A DNA stretch of 42,174 nucleotides from a virus. Its lineage: Duplodnaviria > Caudoviricetes. The DNA lies in IMG/VR virus record IMGVR_UViG_3300022177_000061, positions 1 to 42,174 of that record, one strand, 5' to 3'. Both the position numbers and the translations under genes were made by a program. Shown in pieces: positions 26,943 to 36,062 of this stretch (position 1 is its first letter; each line of letters opens with the position of its first letter). The notes below the pieces were generated by a model, which saw only the letters and a program-made list of their open reading frames with translations, made no database searches and was not told the origin of the DNA.

Positions 26943-27680
26943 TTAATAAATTCTTTTGCGCTTCGAGTTGCGGTAATTGTACAGGTCTTCCATGTGTGTA
27001 AGGTACTCCTTATGGCTCTGCCGGTTTTCTATCTTCAGGCTGTGAAGATTGAGTTTATCGATGAACTCGGTCAGGTTAAACTCCTTGCTGGCCGTTAGGG
27101 TCTCAAGCGCCTGCAGGAAGTTGCGCGAACGGTATGATTCACAATAGTCCCTGAATTGTTTTGCTACCTCCATGAACTTTGTGGCAGAGTCGAGAAACGT
27201 TGCTTTGAACAGGCCATCCCGCATGATGTCAATCCTTCTTATGCCCTTAACCTTACCTTCCATCAATAAGCTCACAGCAATGCCCAGGTTCAGCTGGTAC
27301 TTGTCCGTAAACTCTCTCAAGGTAACGTAATGAATGTTTCCCGTGTCTATGTAGCAGTTTACATAGTCCTTGTCCTTCCATTTACTGGCATTTTGATTCA
27401 TCTCCGCGATCTGACGGAGGGTAAAGTCCGGAACGATCACGTAAAACACTTTCATTTTCAATTCCCGGCATGCCGCAAACCGGTGCTGTCCGTCGATGAT
27501 ATAACCATCCCGATTGACCATTATCGGGCAGTAGCGGAACAGGTCTAATCCGTTCTGAACGCTTTCAGCGATCCGGTTAACCTTCGCGGTGTTTAAATCA
27601 CGGTTCCCATGCAAGAACCTGAACTTCCCGTAATCGGAAGAGAAGTAAACCTGCAACGTTGACAAATTTTCTTTTTCCAT
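26943..27680 (-). CDS. ParB/Srx-like N-terminal domain protein
   Basis: Start MEKENL at 27680; GNRDLN, PIMVN..GYIIDGQHRFAAC motif. Confidence 0.8.
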   Translation of the reverse strand: MEKENLSTLQVYFSSDYGKFRFLHGNRDLNTAKVNRIAESVQNGLDLFRYCPIMVNRDGYIIDGQHRFAACRELKMKVFYVIVPDFTLRQIAEMNQNASKWKDKDYVNCYIDTGNIHYVTLREFTDKYQLNLGIAVSLLMEGKVKGIRRIDIMRDGLFKATFLDSATKFMEVAKQFRDYCESYRSRNFLQALETLTASKEFNLTEFIDKLNLHSLKIENRQSHKEYLTHMEDLYNYRNSKRKRIY

Positions 27681-27690
27681 TGTTTTGAGA

Positions 27691-28146
27691 TTAATAGTTG
27701 CACAATTCAGTATTAAGGGAAACATCCCGAACTCTCTGAGGTAAAACCTTTCTCCCTTCCCTGAGCTTTAGCTTGTCAGAGTCAGGATCCAGCATATTTG
27801 CCAGTATACTTTCTCGCTCCTCCGCAAAAGGGAACAAAATTTCCATAATCTCATTAACCCTGTTGCGGTATTCTCTATTCGAACCGTAGAGGTTGATCAC
27901 TGTGTTCTTTGCATGCCAGATAGTCCCGTTTGACTGCCTGAACTCGAATGACAAATCTTCATGTGTCATTCCGCATGCATATTTCATAATTGATGTCGCC
28001 AGCTGGCGGGGTTCAACAAATTCGCGCTCCCTGGTTTTGCGATACAGGTCGACGGTTTTAATGCCATAGAAATCGGCAACCTTTTTTAAAATCAGGTTCT
28101 TTGAGTGCTGGCCAATGCCCGGGAAAACATAGTGCGAAGGCATCAT
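27691..28146 (-). CDS. DnaA C-terminal (domain IV)-like helix-turn-helix protein
   Basis: VADFYGI...L..KTREREFVEPRQLA...F.Q...TIWHA matches the DnaA domain IV pattern. Confidence 0.75.
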   Translation of the reverse strand: MMPSHYVFPGIGQHSKNLILKKVADFYGIKTVDLYRKTREREFVEPRQLATSIMKYACGMTHEDLSFEFRQSNGTIWHAKNTVINLYGSNREYRNRVNEIMEILFPFAEERESILANMLDPDSDKLKLREGRKVLPQRVRDVSLNTELCNY

Positions 28147-28487
28147 GACAAGTAATCTTTTATGGTTTTTTCGAATTCATCAAAGGACCGGCACAGGGCA
28201 TATTTGTTGCCGGCAGCAATAACATCATTTTCCCATTCTCTCTGGGATGGTGATTGATCCCCGGAGGGTGTTTTCATTTCGATACAAAGAGCGCCATAGC
28301 CGTTCCGGGGAGCAAGAAGGATCAGGTCTGCAACCCCAGGTACAACCCCCATGGCTTTAAATATCTGGGCTGTTACTTTGCTCCTTTTGCCACCGTTGGG
28401 GACATGGAACAGGAGCTGCTTCAGCTTCGGGTACTGGTACCGGAACCACTTGACACATTCGCTCTGCAATTTATCTTCCTCACTCAT
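28143..28487 (-). CDS. VRR-NUC domain nuclease (Holliday junction resolvase-like)
   Basis: EDKLQ, FHVPNGGKR, GVVPGVADL, IEMKT, QSPSQ. Confidence 0.9.
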   Translation of the reverse strand: MSEEDKLQSECVKWFRYQYPKLKQLLFHVPNGGKRSKVTAQIFKAMGVVPGVADLILLAPRNGYGALCIEMKTPSGDQSPSQREWENDVIAAGNKYALCRSFDEFEKTIKDYLS

Positions 28488-28489
28488 TC

Positions 28490-29290
28490 TTACCTCCTGT
28501 CGGGTGCTTTGGGATCAAATGAAATCAGGTTGAACATCTCCCTCATCCGGCTCCGAACCCTGGCCCCATAGATTTCCTCCACCTGGTCAGCTGTCAGGTT
28601 GGTGGTAATGTGGGTTTGGCAGAATTTCACATCATCATAGCGGTTCATCAGAACCTCTTCCATCGGGAGTAACTTGTCGCCATAGTTTTTCCGTTCCTCC
28701 TTGGTTCCGCCAAGGTCATCAAAACAATACCCGAATTCCTCATGCCCATAGCTGTTTTCAGTCCGGAGCTTATTCTTACTGAAGGTTTCAATGGCTGAGA
28801 ATCCCTGCTCTGCGTAGTCATAACCAACCTTCCGGCAGGGAACCAGGATGTAGCTATGGAAGGGATTATTCATGAACAGCTGCATGATGGTTGTTTTACC
28901 GCAGCCGGTTGGTCCATTCAGGGAGATCCCCTTTTTAAGGCTCAGGCCATATTTGGCGCATTCGTTTTCTGATCCGGAGAAATAAGCGCTCAGCATCTTG
29001 AGAATTCGTTCATTATGCTGGTCGAACTTGTATCCGGGAGTAGTCCGGACGGCCACACGTTTTACAATCTCAAACAGCTCCTCGGGGTTGGGCCTGGGGT
29101 ATTTCTTCTCAGACCGCACTTTCTTCCAGTACTCCTCCTGGTAAAGCTTTGCAGCTTTTTCGGCCCGGGCCTTCCGGAGTGCTTCTTTGGTTTCTGCCTC
29201 TGTGAGCTCAATATGGCCGTAATCAATAGGCTCCATAGGATCCTTGCTCGATTGCAACGTGAGGATCCCTTTTCCGATCGTCGTTTCCAT
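28490..29290 (-). CDS. P-loop ATPase, DnaC/IstB-like helicase loader
   Basis: GPTGCGKTT, CFDDLG, HITTNL, YGARVRSRMREMFN; follows the initiator. Confidence 0.85.
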   Translation of the reverse strand: METTIGKGILTLQSSKDPMEPIDYGHIELTEAETKEALRKARAEKAAKLYQEEYWKKVRSEKKYPRPNPEELFEIVKRVAVRTTPGYKFDQHNERILKMLSAYFSGSENECAKYGLSLKKGISLNGPTGCGKTTIMQLFMNNPFHSYILVPCRKVGYDYAEQGFSAIETFSKNKLRTENSYGHEEFGYCFDDLGGTKEERKNYGDKLLPMEEVLMNRYDDVKFCQTHITTNLTADQVEEIYGARVRSRMREMFNLISFDPKAPDRR

Positions 29291-30005
29291 TGAATGTTGG
29301 TTTTAATTTGTCGTCGTATTTACCTTCGAGGGTTTTTACAAAATTCTCCGGCTTGATAAGCCAGTCAAAGTCCGCAGTCCAGCCACGTTGATTCTGGCCG
29401 GCCAGGAAAGAAGATTTTGAAGCATTTTCCAGCACCTGGATCACTTTTTCATAACCATGCTCCCGTATTCTGGCATTTAAAGCCTTTCTTCTCTTTTCAG
29501 TGAGAATTTTAACCGGTTGCAGGTTTTTACAAATCTGATTATACTGATCAATTATTTTTGATGCCGGAACTTGGATATCCCCGACAGGGGATTCAGGAAG
29601 AGAATCTATTTCTTTATCTTTTCTACTTATATGTCTTATGTTGTCTAAACGATTTTCACCATTTAGGCTATCGCTTAGGCTACTGTTTTGGCTATGGTTT
29701 AGGCTAATGCTTTGGCTAAATTCTGTTAAGCCTAAAATGAAGTACTGCGTTTTTTCTCGCTTTACTTTTCCACTTTCAAAACGAATAAGACCATATTGCT
29801 TTAACTTGTTCCTTAGATCGATCAGCTTCGGCTCTGATACACCTATCTCTCCACAGATGTACCTGTTGGATTGACTGAAGGGATTCTTCCACCCCAATGA
29901 ATTGCAGGTATCCAATAACTTGAAATACAGATGCGTCTCATAAGGGGTAAATGAATGCTCCTTGTTCAACTTCCAATATCGATTAATAAGTTCAATGTAA
30001 GTCAT
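29223..30005 (-). CDS. Phage replication initiator protein
   Basis: MTYIELIN.YW...LYFKLLDTCN.LGW winged-helix N-domain; repeat linker; C-terminal FLAGQNQRGWTADFDWLIKPENF.K.LEGKY. Confidence 0.85.
   Translation of the reverse strand: MTYIELINRYWKLNKEHSFTPYETHLYFKLLDTCNSLGWKNPFSQSNRYICGEIGVSEPKLIDLRNKLKQYGLIRFESGKVKREKTQYFILGLTEFSQSISLNHSQNSSLSDSLNGENRLDNIRHISRKDKEIDSLPESPVGDIQVPASKIIDQYNQICKNLQPVKILTEKRRKALNARIREHGYEKVIQVLENASKSSFLAGQNQRGWTADFDWLIKPENFVKTLEGKYDDKLKPTFNGNDDRKRDPHVAIEQGSYGAY
29659..29718. repeat. Five 12-bp-period iterons, probable phage replication origin
   Basis: TT(A/T)GGCTA ending at 29670, 29682, 29694, 29706, 29718, inside the initiator gene, next to an AT-rich tract (about 29600-29650). 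Confidence 0.75.
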
Positions 30006-30010
30006 ACAAG

Positions 30011-30301
30011 CTAAACTTCAGGGTAAATCACTTCCTTAGGGTATGCGGCCACCCGCATCTCATCACTCATAACCTGGACATGTTCATCAAATACATGGAG
30101 TATCTGAGCATTAAACTTCACCGCTCCATCATTGACAATCACTTTCTGCCCCATGTACAAGGTTTCCCGCCAGGCCTTCAGGGAGTCTTTCTCGGAGTTC
30201 TTTAAGATCCGGATCAGGAAATAACTCGCGATTAGTACTACCCCAGCCATCAGGGTCTGAAGTAGATACACCCACTCAATCCAATCATAATATTTACTCA
30301 T
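30011..30301 (-). CDS. Small membrane protein
   Basis: N-terminal TM helix plus small beta domain. Confidence 0.6.
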   Translation of the reverse strand: MSKYYDWIEWVYLLQTLMAGVVLIASYFLIRILKNSEKDSLKAWRETLYMGQKVIVNDGAVKFNAQILHVFDEHVQVMSDEMRVAAYPKEVIYPEV

Positions 30302-31956
30302 GCTTCAACTAATTGAGGTTGGTTAAAGAGATCCGCAACCAGGTCAACGATATTCTCCTCCACCTGCTCTGTAGCCCCGGTGACCGTTGATGCAATCTCG
30401 CGCTTGGTTTGAATAATCCGGTAGATCTTTTCATCGATCGTATTCTGACCGAGGAAGTAGGTGCATGTAACAGAATCCAGCTGACCGATACGGTGGCACC
30501 GGTCCTCACACTGATCACAATCAGCAGCGGTCCATGGAAGTTCCACGAAAGCCACACGTGAGCTGGCAGTTAGGGTAAGCCCTACCCCTGCAGCTTTGAT
30601 GCTGCAGATGATAAGCTTTGTATCAGGGTTCTTTTGAAAGGAATCAACAGCATGTTGTCTCTCACTGGCAGAATCGCTTCCTGTGATGGTTACAGCTTTA
30701 GGGTACTGCTGATGGATGGCAGATATCACCTCTTTCAGGTGTGCGAAGATTACTAGCTTCTCCCCGGACTCAAGGATATCATCGACGAATTCAAAGACAT
30801 CCTTTAGTTTCCCCCGGGCAGAGATATTTTTCAGAATTCCGATCATTACCATGATCTCTCCCCTGAGAGCCCTGGCGATCTTTTCATCATCGGCATCCTT
30901 GTATTTGATCAGGTATTGAACCAGGCTCGCTTCAGCATCGGCATACTCCTTCCGGGTCGAAATGTCACAGAGTGCGACCTGGCGCATCTTTGCCGGCAGA
31001 TCTTTAAGTACATCCTGTTTATCCCTCCGGTAGAAGCAATTCAGGTTCAGCTTATAATTCAACTCGCGGAGGTTTGAGGCCTCATTTGGCCCTGAGCAGT
31101 ACCTCTGGACAAAATTCTTGTAGCCACCAAAAGCCTGCATCTGCTCAATGATCCCCAGCTGACTGATAAGATCCTTGGGCTTATTGATTACCGGGGTACC
31201 GGTTAAGGCCAGGATATACTCCTTGCCGGTGCAGATGCCTTTTGTGAACTTGGTCTGCTGCGTGGCCAGTGATTTCACCCGATGGCTTTCATCAATAATC
31301 ACTGACTGGAATATGCCGGTAAACTGTTCTTTAAACTTGATATGGTTTAACCGCAACTTACCATTCTCAGGTTTATTGATACTCTGGACGAAATATTTTT
31401 TCAGGCTTTCATAATTCACGATGAAAACCTGCGTAAGGCCCGAGCTCCAAAACAGGTGAAAGTTCTGTTTGACATTATCGTTCAGGATCATGGCCTTTTT
31501 ATCCGTCCACATGTGCCACTCCCTTTGCCAGTTGATCTTCAGTGATGAAGGACAGATAATCAGGCAGGGAAAAGCATCTGCAGCAAGAATTGTCGCGATG
31601 GCCTGAGCTGTCTTACCGAGCCCGGGCTGGTCTCCAATGATGACCTTCTTTTTCTGCAGAGAATAGGCCACCCCGTTTGCCTGATATGGAAACAGGTTCA
31701 TCTTAAGCGGGATGGCTTCTTTTAGTTGGGGCATCTCCGGGAGTTCCCCGATCTGTTCATCTTCGATATCAATCCCGAACTGAAAATTGTATCGTTGGCC
31801 AAAGCTCCGAACCACGGCCTCGTGTACCTCGGGGACTACCCAGCATTTATTTGTAGGGTCAAAACCCCTTCCTGGCAGCTCCTTGACTTTCTCCACCAGG
31901 AAGGGAGAGTATTTAAATTGTATCCGGAAGAATTTCCCTTGTTTTGTGATCAGCAT
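30298..31956 (-). CDS. SNF2-family helicase with N-terminal HARP-like domain
   Basis: DQPGLGKT, IIDESH, LTGTP, AAGVGLTL, QCEDRCHRIGQ; N-terminal F.YSP.LVE.VK.LPGR.FDP..K.W. Confidence 0.9.
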   Translation of the reverse strand: MLITKQGKFFRIQFKYSPFLVEKVKELPGRGFDPTNKCWVVPEVHEAVVRSFGQRYNFQFGIDIEDEQIGELPEMPQLKEAIPLKMNLFPYQANGVAYSLQKKKVIIGDQPGLGKTAQAIATILAADAFPCLIICPSSLKINWQREWHMWTDKKAMILNDNVKQNFHLFWSSGLTQVFIVNYESLKKYFVQSINKPENGKLRLNHIKFKEQFTGIFQSVIIDESHRVKSLATQQTKFTKGICTGKEYILALTGTPVINKPKDLISQLGIIEQMQAFGGYKNFVQRYCSGPNEASNLRELNYKLNLNCFYRRDKQDVLKDLPAKMRQVALCDISTRKEYADAEASLVQYLIKYKDADDEKIARALRGEIMVMIGILKNISARGKLKDVFEFVDDILESGEKLVIFAHLKEVISAIHQQYPKAVTITGSDSASERQHAVDSFQKNPDTKLIICSIKAAGVGLTLTASSRVAFVELPWTAADCDQCEDRCHRIGQLDSVTCTYFLGQNTIDEKIYRIIQTKREIASTVTGATEQVEENIVDLVADLFNQPQLVEA

Positions 31957-32159
31957 TACTTGAAGTTTAGTCGTAGTTGTCTGTCCTGTTTGATCTCAAA
32001 ATTGTACTCATTTATAAGTGCTATGGCAAACCGGTTTTTGATCAGGTAAGCGAAATCCTCAAAAGCAATTATTACCTGAAGCTTTCTCCCATCAACCTGG
32101 GCTCCGGCCTTTTTGGCCTTGTACGTGAGGTTATACCTGCGCTTCACTTTGGGATCCAT
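31956..32159 (-). CDS. Hypothetical protein
   Basis: 67 aa, TAATG-coupled to the helicase. Confidence 0.6.
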   Translation of the reverse strand: MDPKVKRRYNLTYKAKKAGAQVDGRKLQVIIAFEDFAYLIKNRFAIALINEYNFEIKQDRQLRLNFK

Positions 32160-32160
32160 G

Positions 32161-33879
32161 TTAAAGGGATTTACCAGTACTGGCTTTAAGGTCCTCGATC
32201 AGCTTATCAATTTTCTCCTTCCGCTTGAGGTATTTCCCCTGCAACTCCAGCTCCACCTGGGTCAGCTGTTCAGGGTATCTCTCCCGGGCGATCTCAATAA
32301 GGGCTTTGGCCTCACTAATCAAGTAAATTGGATTTGCACTGTCAAGCTCTCTCCGGAGCCAGTTGCGGATTATTTTCAACCCTTGCTCGGGTGAAAGTTT
32401 TAAAGCTGCAGGCAGCTTTTCTTCATTTTTAATATACCAGTTCTTTTGATCACCATAAATCTCCACCTCCAGTTCATCCGTGACCCTCGACAGCATGATT
32501 ACGTAAAGCGCTGTCATTTCATTTTCAGACAGCTGATCCGTGATGTTATGATACCCCTCATCCTTCAGCAGCCCTTTGGCAGAAACATAGAGCTTTTCGA
32601 ATGTCAGCTCCTGGTTCCTGCGGTCCTTGGCTTCAAGCTCCTGAATCTGTTGACCGGCATAATCTGTTCCCGTATTGCCGCTGCTCTGAGATTCTTCCTG
32701 CTCCCGAGGCTCCAGAAAAACCACCTTTCCCTTGTTGTTGCCGGCCAACATGAAGGCTTTCCTGAGAACGCCTGCGCTTAGCTTCTCCTGATACTCCTTA
32801 ACCTCCTGCTCATAGTCAATCATTTCACCTTCATAATCAGTAAGAGCTTCAACATAATCTTCATGCTCATCAAAGTCTGATTCTTCAGGCTTCTCAGGTT
32901 GCTCAGGTTCATTAACTTCCATCCATCCGGTTTTCCATGACACCTCAACCGCCGGAGTGCCATTCTTTTTCATGCCGGCCACCCTTTTTTCTTCCTCGCC
33001 ATACAGATAGCCAGGATAGGCAAGGATAACACCGGGTTCATCCTCCTGTACCCTCTTCAATTCACGATCAAAATGAATGTCGGATTTGCGTTTGAAACAA
33101 GACCTGTCAAGGCAAACCCCGGTACTGGGTGAATCCGGAAAAAGGATCAGGTTTGAGGCTGTGTTCTTGGGGCAGGTAGTACATGGCCCGGCCTTCTTAT
33201 CCAGCGTTTTGTCATCAAGGCTGAAAGGAGCCTCCTCAAGTTTTAAGGTAAATTCCCGCTCGATGTTTCGTTTCAGCTCCTTGATGGTAAAACCGGTCCA
33301 ATACGATTCCTTCCGGTGTTCTTCGGAATAGCTGTTATCATAAAGCTCCTTCTGATCCTTTGGCTGAAGTTTGCAGATCTCGGTTGCATGGCCTAAACCG
33401 ATGACATCCTGATTAAGCAGGTTCTTAAATTCCGGGATCAGATCGTTCAGTTTCAGCCGGTGACGGATGTAATACTCAGATTTCCCGAACCTGGTTACCA
33501 AGGTTGGAATGTCATACTTCCTGTGGGTGATCAGGTTCTGAAATGCCTCTGCTTCTTCAAGTGGGCTAACATCCTTCCGCTGCAGGTTCTCTGTGATCAT
33601 CAGGTCCAGCGCTTCCTGGTCCTTCAGTTCCCGGACAATGGCTGGAACTCTCTCAAGCCCTACCTGCTTAGCAGCCCTCCATCTGCGCTCTCCACAGACC
33701 AGTTCATAAGACTCCAACCCTTTCTTAAAATGTGATAACCTTAGGATGATGGGTTGTAAAATACCAACCTCGGTTATTGACTTTGAGAGCTCAGCGATGG
33801 AATTCTCATCAAAGGTTTTCCGTGGATTTAGTTCGCTGGATCGGATGTCACCAGTACTGATGTACTCAATTGTTTGCAT
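32161..33879 (-). CDS. ParB/RepB/Spo0J family protein with Cys cluster and acidic repeat
   Basis: NPRKTFD, GILQPI, YELVCGERRWRAA, ENLQRKDVSPLEEA, HTH; CTTCPKN...CLDRSC. Confidence 0.9.
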   Translation of the reverse strand: MQTIEYISTGDIRSSELNPRKTFDENSIAELSKSITEVGILQPIILRLSHFKKGLESYELVCGERRWRAAKQVGLERVPAIVRELKDQEALDLMITENLQRKDVSPLEEAEAFQNLITHRKYDIPTLVTRFGKSEYYIRHRLKLNDLIPEFKNLLNQDVIGLGHATEICKLQPKDQKELYDNSYSEEHRKESYWTGFTIKELKRNIEREFTLKLEEAPFSLDDKTLDKKAGPCTTCPKNTASNLILFPDSPSTGVCLDRSCFKRKSDIHFDRELKRVQEDEPGVILAYPGYLYGEEEKRVAGMKKNGTPAVEVSWKTGWMEVNEPEQPEKPEESDFDEHEDYVEALTDYEGEMIDYEQEVKEYQEKLSAGVLRKAFMLAGNNKGKVVFLEPREQEESQSSGNTGTDYAGQQIQELEAKDRRNQELTFEKLYVSAKGLLKDEGYHNITDQLSENEMTALYVIMLSRVTDELEVEIYGDQKNWYIKNEEKLPAALKLSPEQGLKIIRNWLRRELDSANPIYLISEAKALIEIARERYPEQLTQVELELQGKYLKRKEKIDKLIEDLKASTGKSL

Positions 33880-33902
33880 TGTCGTATTGTTTTGGTTAGT
33901 AA

Positions 33903-34442
33903 TTAGGCTGCTTCACTGTTTTCCTGATCTTCTTCATCAAAGGGGATTTCAAGCTGCTTGATGGCATACTTATTCTCGAACAGGTACTGTTCTACCTCGT
34001 AAACTGCAGCATTGATGGCATCGGCAAGCTCCGGGGCAAACTCATACGGATCCACCTCATCAACATACCGGATAAATGGGGTAATGATGTTCAGGACTTT
34101 TCCGGAGGCAAACTCCCGGGAACCGATCAGGACCACTCCTTCGTTATCATCCTCCCCACCGATGGAGAACCCCTTCACCCGGTAATCTGAAAGCAGGGAC
34201 AGGTCGAAATTCTCAATGGATTCCCCGGTAATCAGTTCGCTTTTCTTGAAATCACAGGTTTTTACCATGTGAACCTTCAGCCGGTCAAAAGCGGCAATCA
34301 GGTCATCATGAACCAGGGTATTGCACTTTTTCAGAATTTCATTTGTAACTGATCCACCTCCAGGGGTGTTGATGGTTTCCTCGAGGTTGACCTCAAGGCT
34401 TCGGTCTTTAAGCTTGGCTTTTTTGACTGTGATGGTTGACAT
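33903..34442 (-). CDS. Hypothetical phage protein with acidic C-terminus
   Basis: 179 aa, strong start context, ends LEIPFDEEDQENSEAA. Confidence 0.7.
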   Translation of the reverse strand: MSTITVKKAKLKDRSLEVNLEETINTPGGGSVTNEILKKCNTLVHDDLIAAFDRLKVHMVKTCDFKKSELITGESIENFDLSLLSDYRVKGFSIGGEDDNEGVVLIGSREFASGKVLNIITPFIRYVDEVDPYEFAPELADAINAAVYEVEQYLFENKYAIKQLEIPFDEEDQENSEAA

Positions 34443-34630
34443 GGTTTTGTGTTTTGAGGTTCATATTGGGGGATGGAAATTTTCTTGCCGGTGACTCTTT
34501 CGTACTGATCGAGATGGTATTGACTTGCTTGGGTAACATAGGATCCTGAAGGCCCGGAGGCCCTCAGGATGTTGGTTTCTAAAAACCTGGATTCATCAAT
34601 TATTGTGGTAATACTGTTCAGCTGAATCAT
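34331..34630 (-). CDS. Hypothetical protein
   Basis: ATGA-coupled to the upstream gene but overlaps the next gene by 112 nt. Confidence 0.4.
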   Translation of the reverse strand: MIQLNSITTIIDESRFLETNILRASGPSGSYVTQASQYHLDQYERVTGKKISIPQYEPQNTKPCQPSQSKKPSLKTEALRSTSRKPSTPLEVDQLQMKF

Positions 34631-35094
34631 GGCAGCGAGATAGTGAGGTAAGATGTGGTAGCTGTTTGCGGTGGCCGGATGATTTCCCCGGTGTTCACAT
34701 CAGGAATCTCCATCCCTGGCTTGATGGTTTTCAGGAAGGTCTCGCGCTGCTTTACCTTTTCCTTCATCTCTGCCAGCTGAGCGGAGAGCTCGTTGTAGAC
34801 CGAATCTCCACACTCGTTGAAATAGAAGGTTGTCTTGGAGGCCTTGGTGATCTTGGTTCCCATGAAGCCGATAGTCTTTTCAGGATACTTTTCTGCTTCC
34901 TGAAGAACGACCTCTTTCACTTCAGGCCGTTTCCGGATGGCAGAGATGGTTTCCTCAAGGTTCTTGAGCATGACCTCAAACTCAAGGGGGTTCCGGACTC
35001 CGGAGGTGATTTCATCAACGCACATCTGTACGAAGACCTCCCTTTCCTTTTTGCTCGCTGGCAGGTAGGTGAATTGTGATATTGCTGTTTCCAT
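34627..35094 (-). CDS. Hypothetical protein in the recombination module
   Basis: 155 aa, C-terminal DVNTGEII.PP motif common in phage early proteins. Confidence 0.65.
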   Translation of the reverse strand: METAISQFTYLPASKKEREVFVQMCVDEITSGVRNPLEFEVMLKNLEETISAIRKRPEVKEVVLQEAEKYPEKTIGFMGTKITKASKTTFYFNECGDSVYNELSAQLAEMKEKVKQRETFLKTIKPGMEIPDVNTGEIIRPPQTATTSYLTISLP

Positions 35095-35106
35095 AATTAA
35101 AGTGAT

Positions 35107-35400
35107 TTAAAGGTTTTCAAATTCTTTTTCAAGCCTGGCAATTTCCTCCTCTACATTGGCTTTGTAGATCTTCATGAACTTGTAGATCGGGAATGGCACG
35201 AACTTGTTATCAATCATGCGGACTTCATCAGAGAACCAGGGACTGAAGCCAAACTTGGCTATTCTGCCATCCCTTGATACCGGGTTCCCCTTGTACTCGC
35301 TGTATTTGTTTGTTTCTTTGAAAACAGATATTAGGTGATCCTTCAGGTCTTTGATTTCTTTCTGAAGGGCATTGCCTTTCTGTAAGGTTTCTTGGTTCAT
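35107..35400 (-). CDS. Hypothetical protein
   Basis: 97 aa, TAATG-coupled. Confidence 0.6.
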   Translation of the reverse strand: MNQETLQKGNALQKEIKDLKDHLISVFKETNKYSEYKGNPVSRDGRIAKFGFSPWFSDEVRMIDNKFVPFPIYKFMKIYKANVEEEIARLEKEFENL

Positions 35401-36059
35401 TATGCAACTTGTTTTAAAAGGTGGGTGAAATTTTTAATTCTGATGTACTCCGCGAAATCGCGGACCAGTTGATGAACATCCTCCCCCATGCGATCATAGG
35501 CAAGGCATTCTAAAGGTTCGTATGGAATGATGGTTACCCCGGGTAGACGGTTGTTATAAATGCCGGTGTAATTGCAGATCTCGAACAGGTCATAATAGAA
35601 TACCGGCACCTGGAACATGTCGAGGTAGAACCGCCACTGGAAGGAGTTGATGTACTCAATTGCTGAGGGGGGAGAGAACTTTGTTTTAGCATCCCGGATA
35701 CAAAGCCCCTCCACACCATCAGCCCGAGCTGATACCTGGATGATGAAATCTCCGGCATCGTACTTCTTGAATATAGGAACCTCTGACACCATTTTGGGGT
35801 GGTCGTTTTTATAGTTGACGGCCACCTGTGCCTGCTCCTGTGAGAAATAAATACCATCCGAATAAAGCTCCCCGGTGACAAACTCCCGGTTATACTTCTC
35901 GATGATCTTATGAAATGCTCCGCCGATTTTGGTCTTATCGTTACCGATGAATTTACCGGTGATGGCATCCAGGAGAGCCTCCTCAGTATCAAACTGAGTG
36001 AGGCCTTCCCGGAACCTGCGGAACTTTTCCAATACAGATACTGAAACCCTGTAAACCAT
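35400..36059 (-). CDS. PD-(D/E)XK exonuclease-like protein
   Basis: GGAFH, SEVP, ARADG, RDAKT, FQWRFY motifs; next to the Sak4-like ATPase. Confidence 0.75.
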   Translation of the reverse strand: MVYRVSVSVLEKFRRFREGLTQFDTEEALLDAITGKFIGNDKTKIGGAFHKIIEKYNREFVTGELYSDGIYFSQEQAQVAVNYKNDHPKMVSEVPIFKKYDAGDFIIQVSARADGVEGLCIRDAKTKFSPPSAIEYINSFQWRFYLDMFQVPVFYYDLFEICNYTGIYNNRLPGVTIIPYEPLECLAYDRMGEDVHQLVRDFAEYIRIKNFTHLLKQVA

Positions 36060-36062
36060 GGC

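Noticed and set aside
35400-36059. Cas4 implying a CRISPR adaptation module
   Set aside because: Lacks the four-Cys Fe-S cluster, no cas1/cas2 or array; context is a Sak4 recombination module
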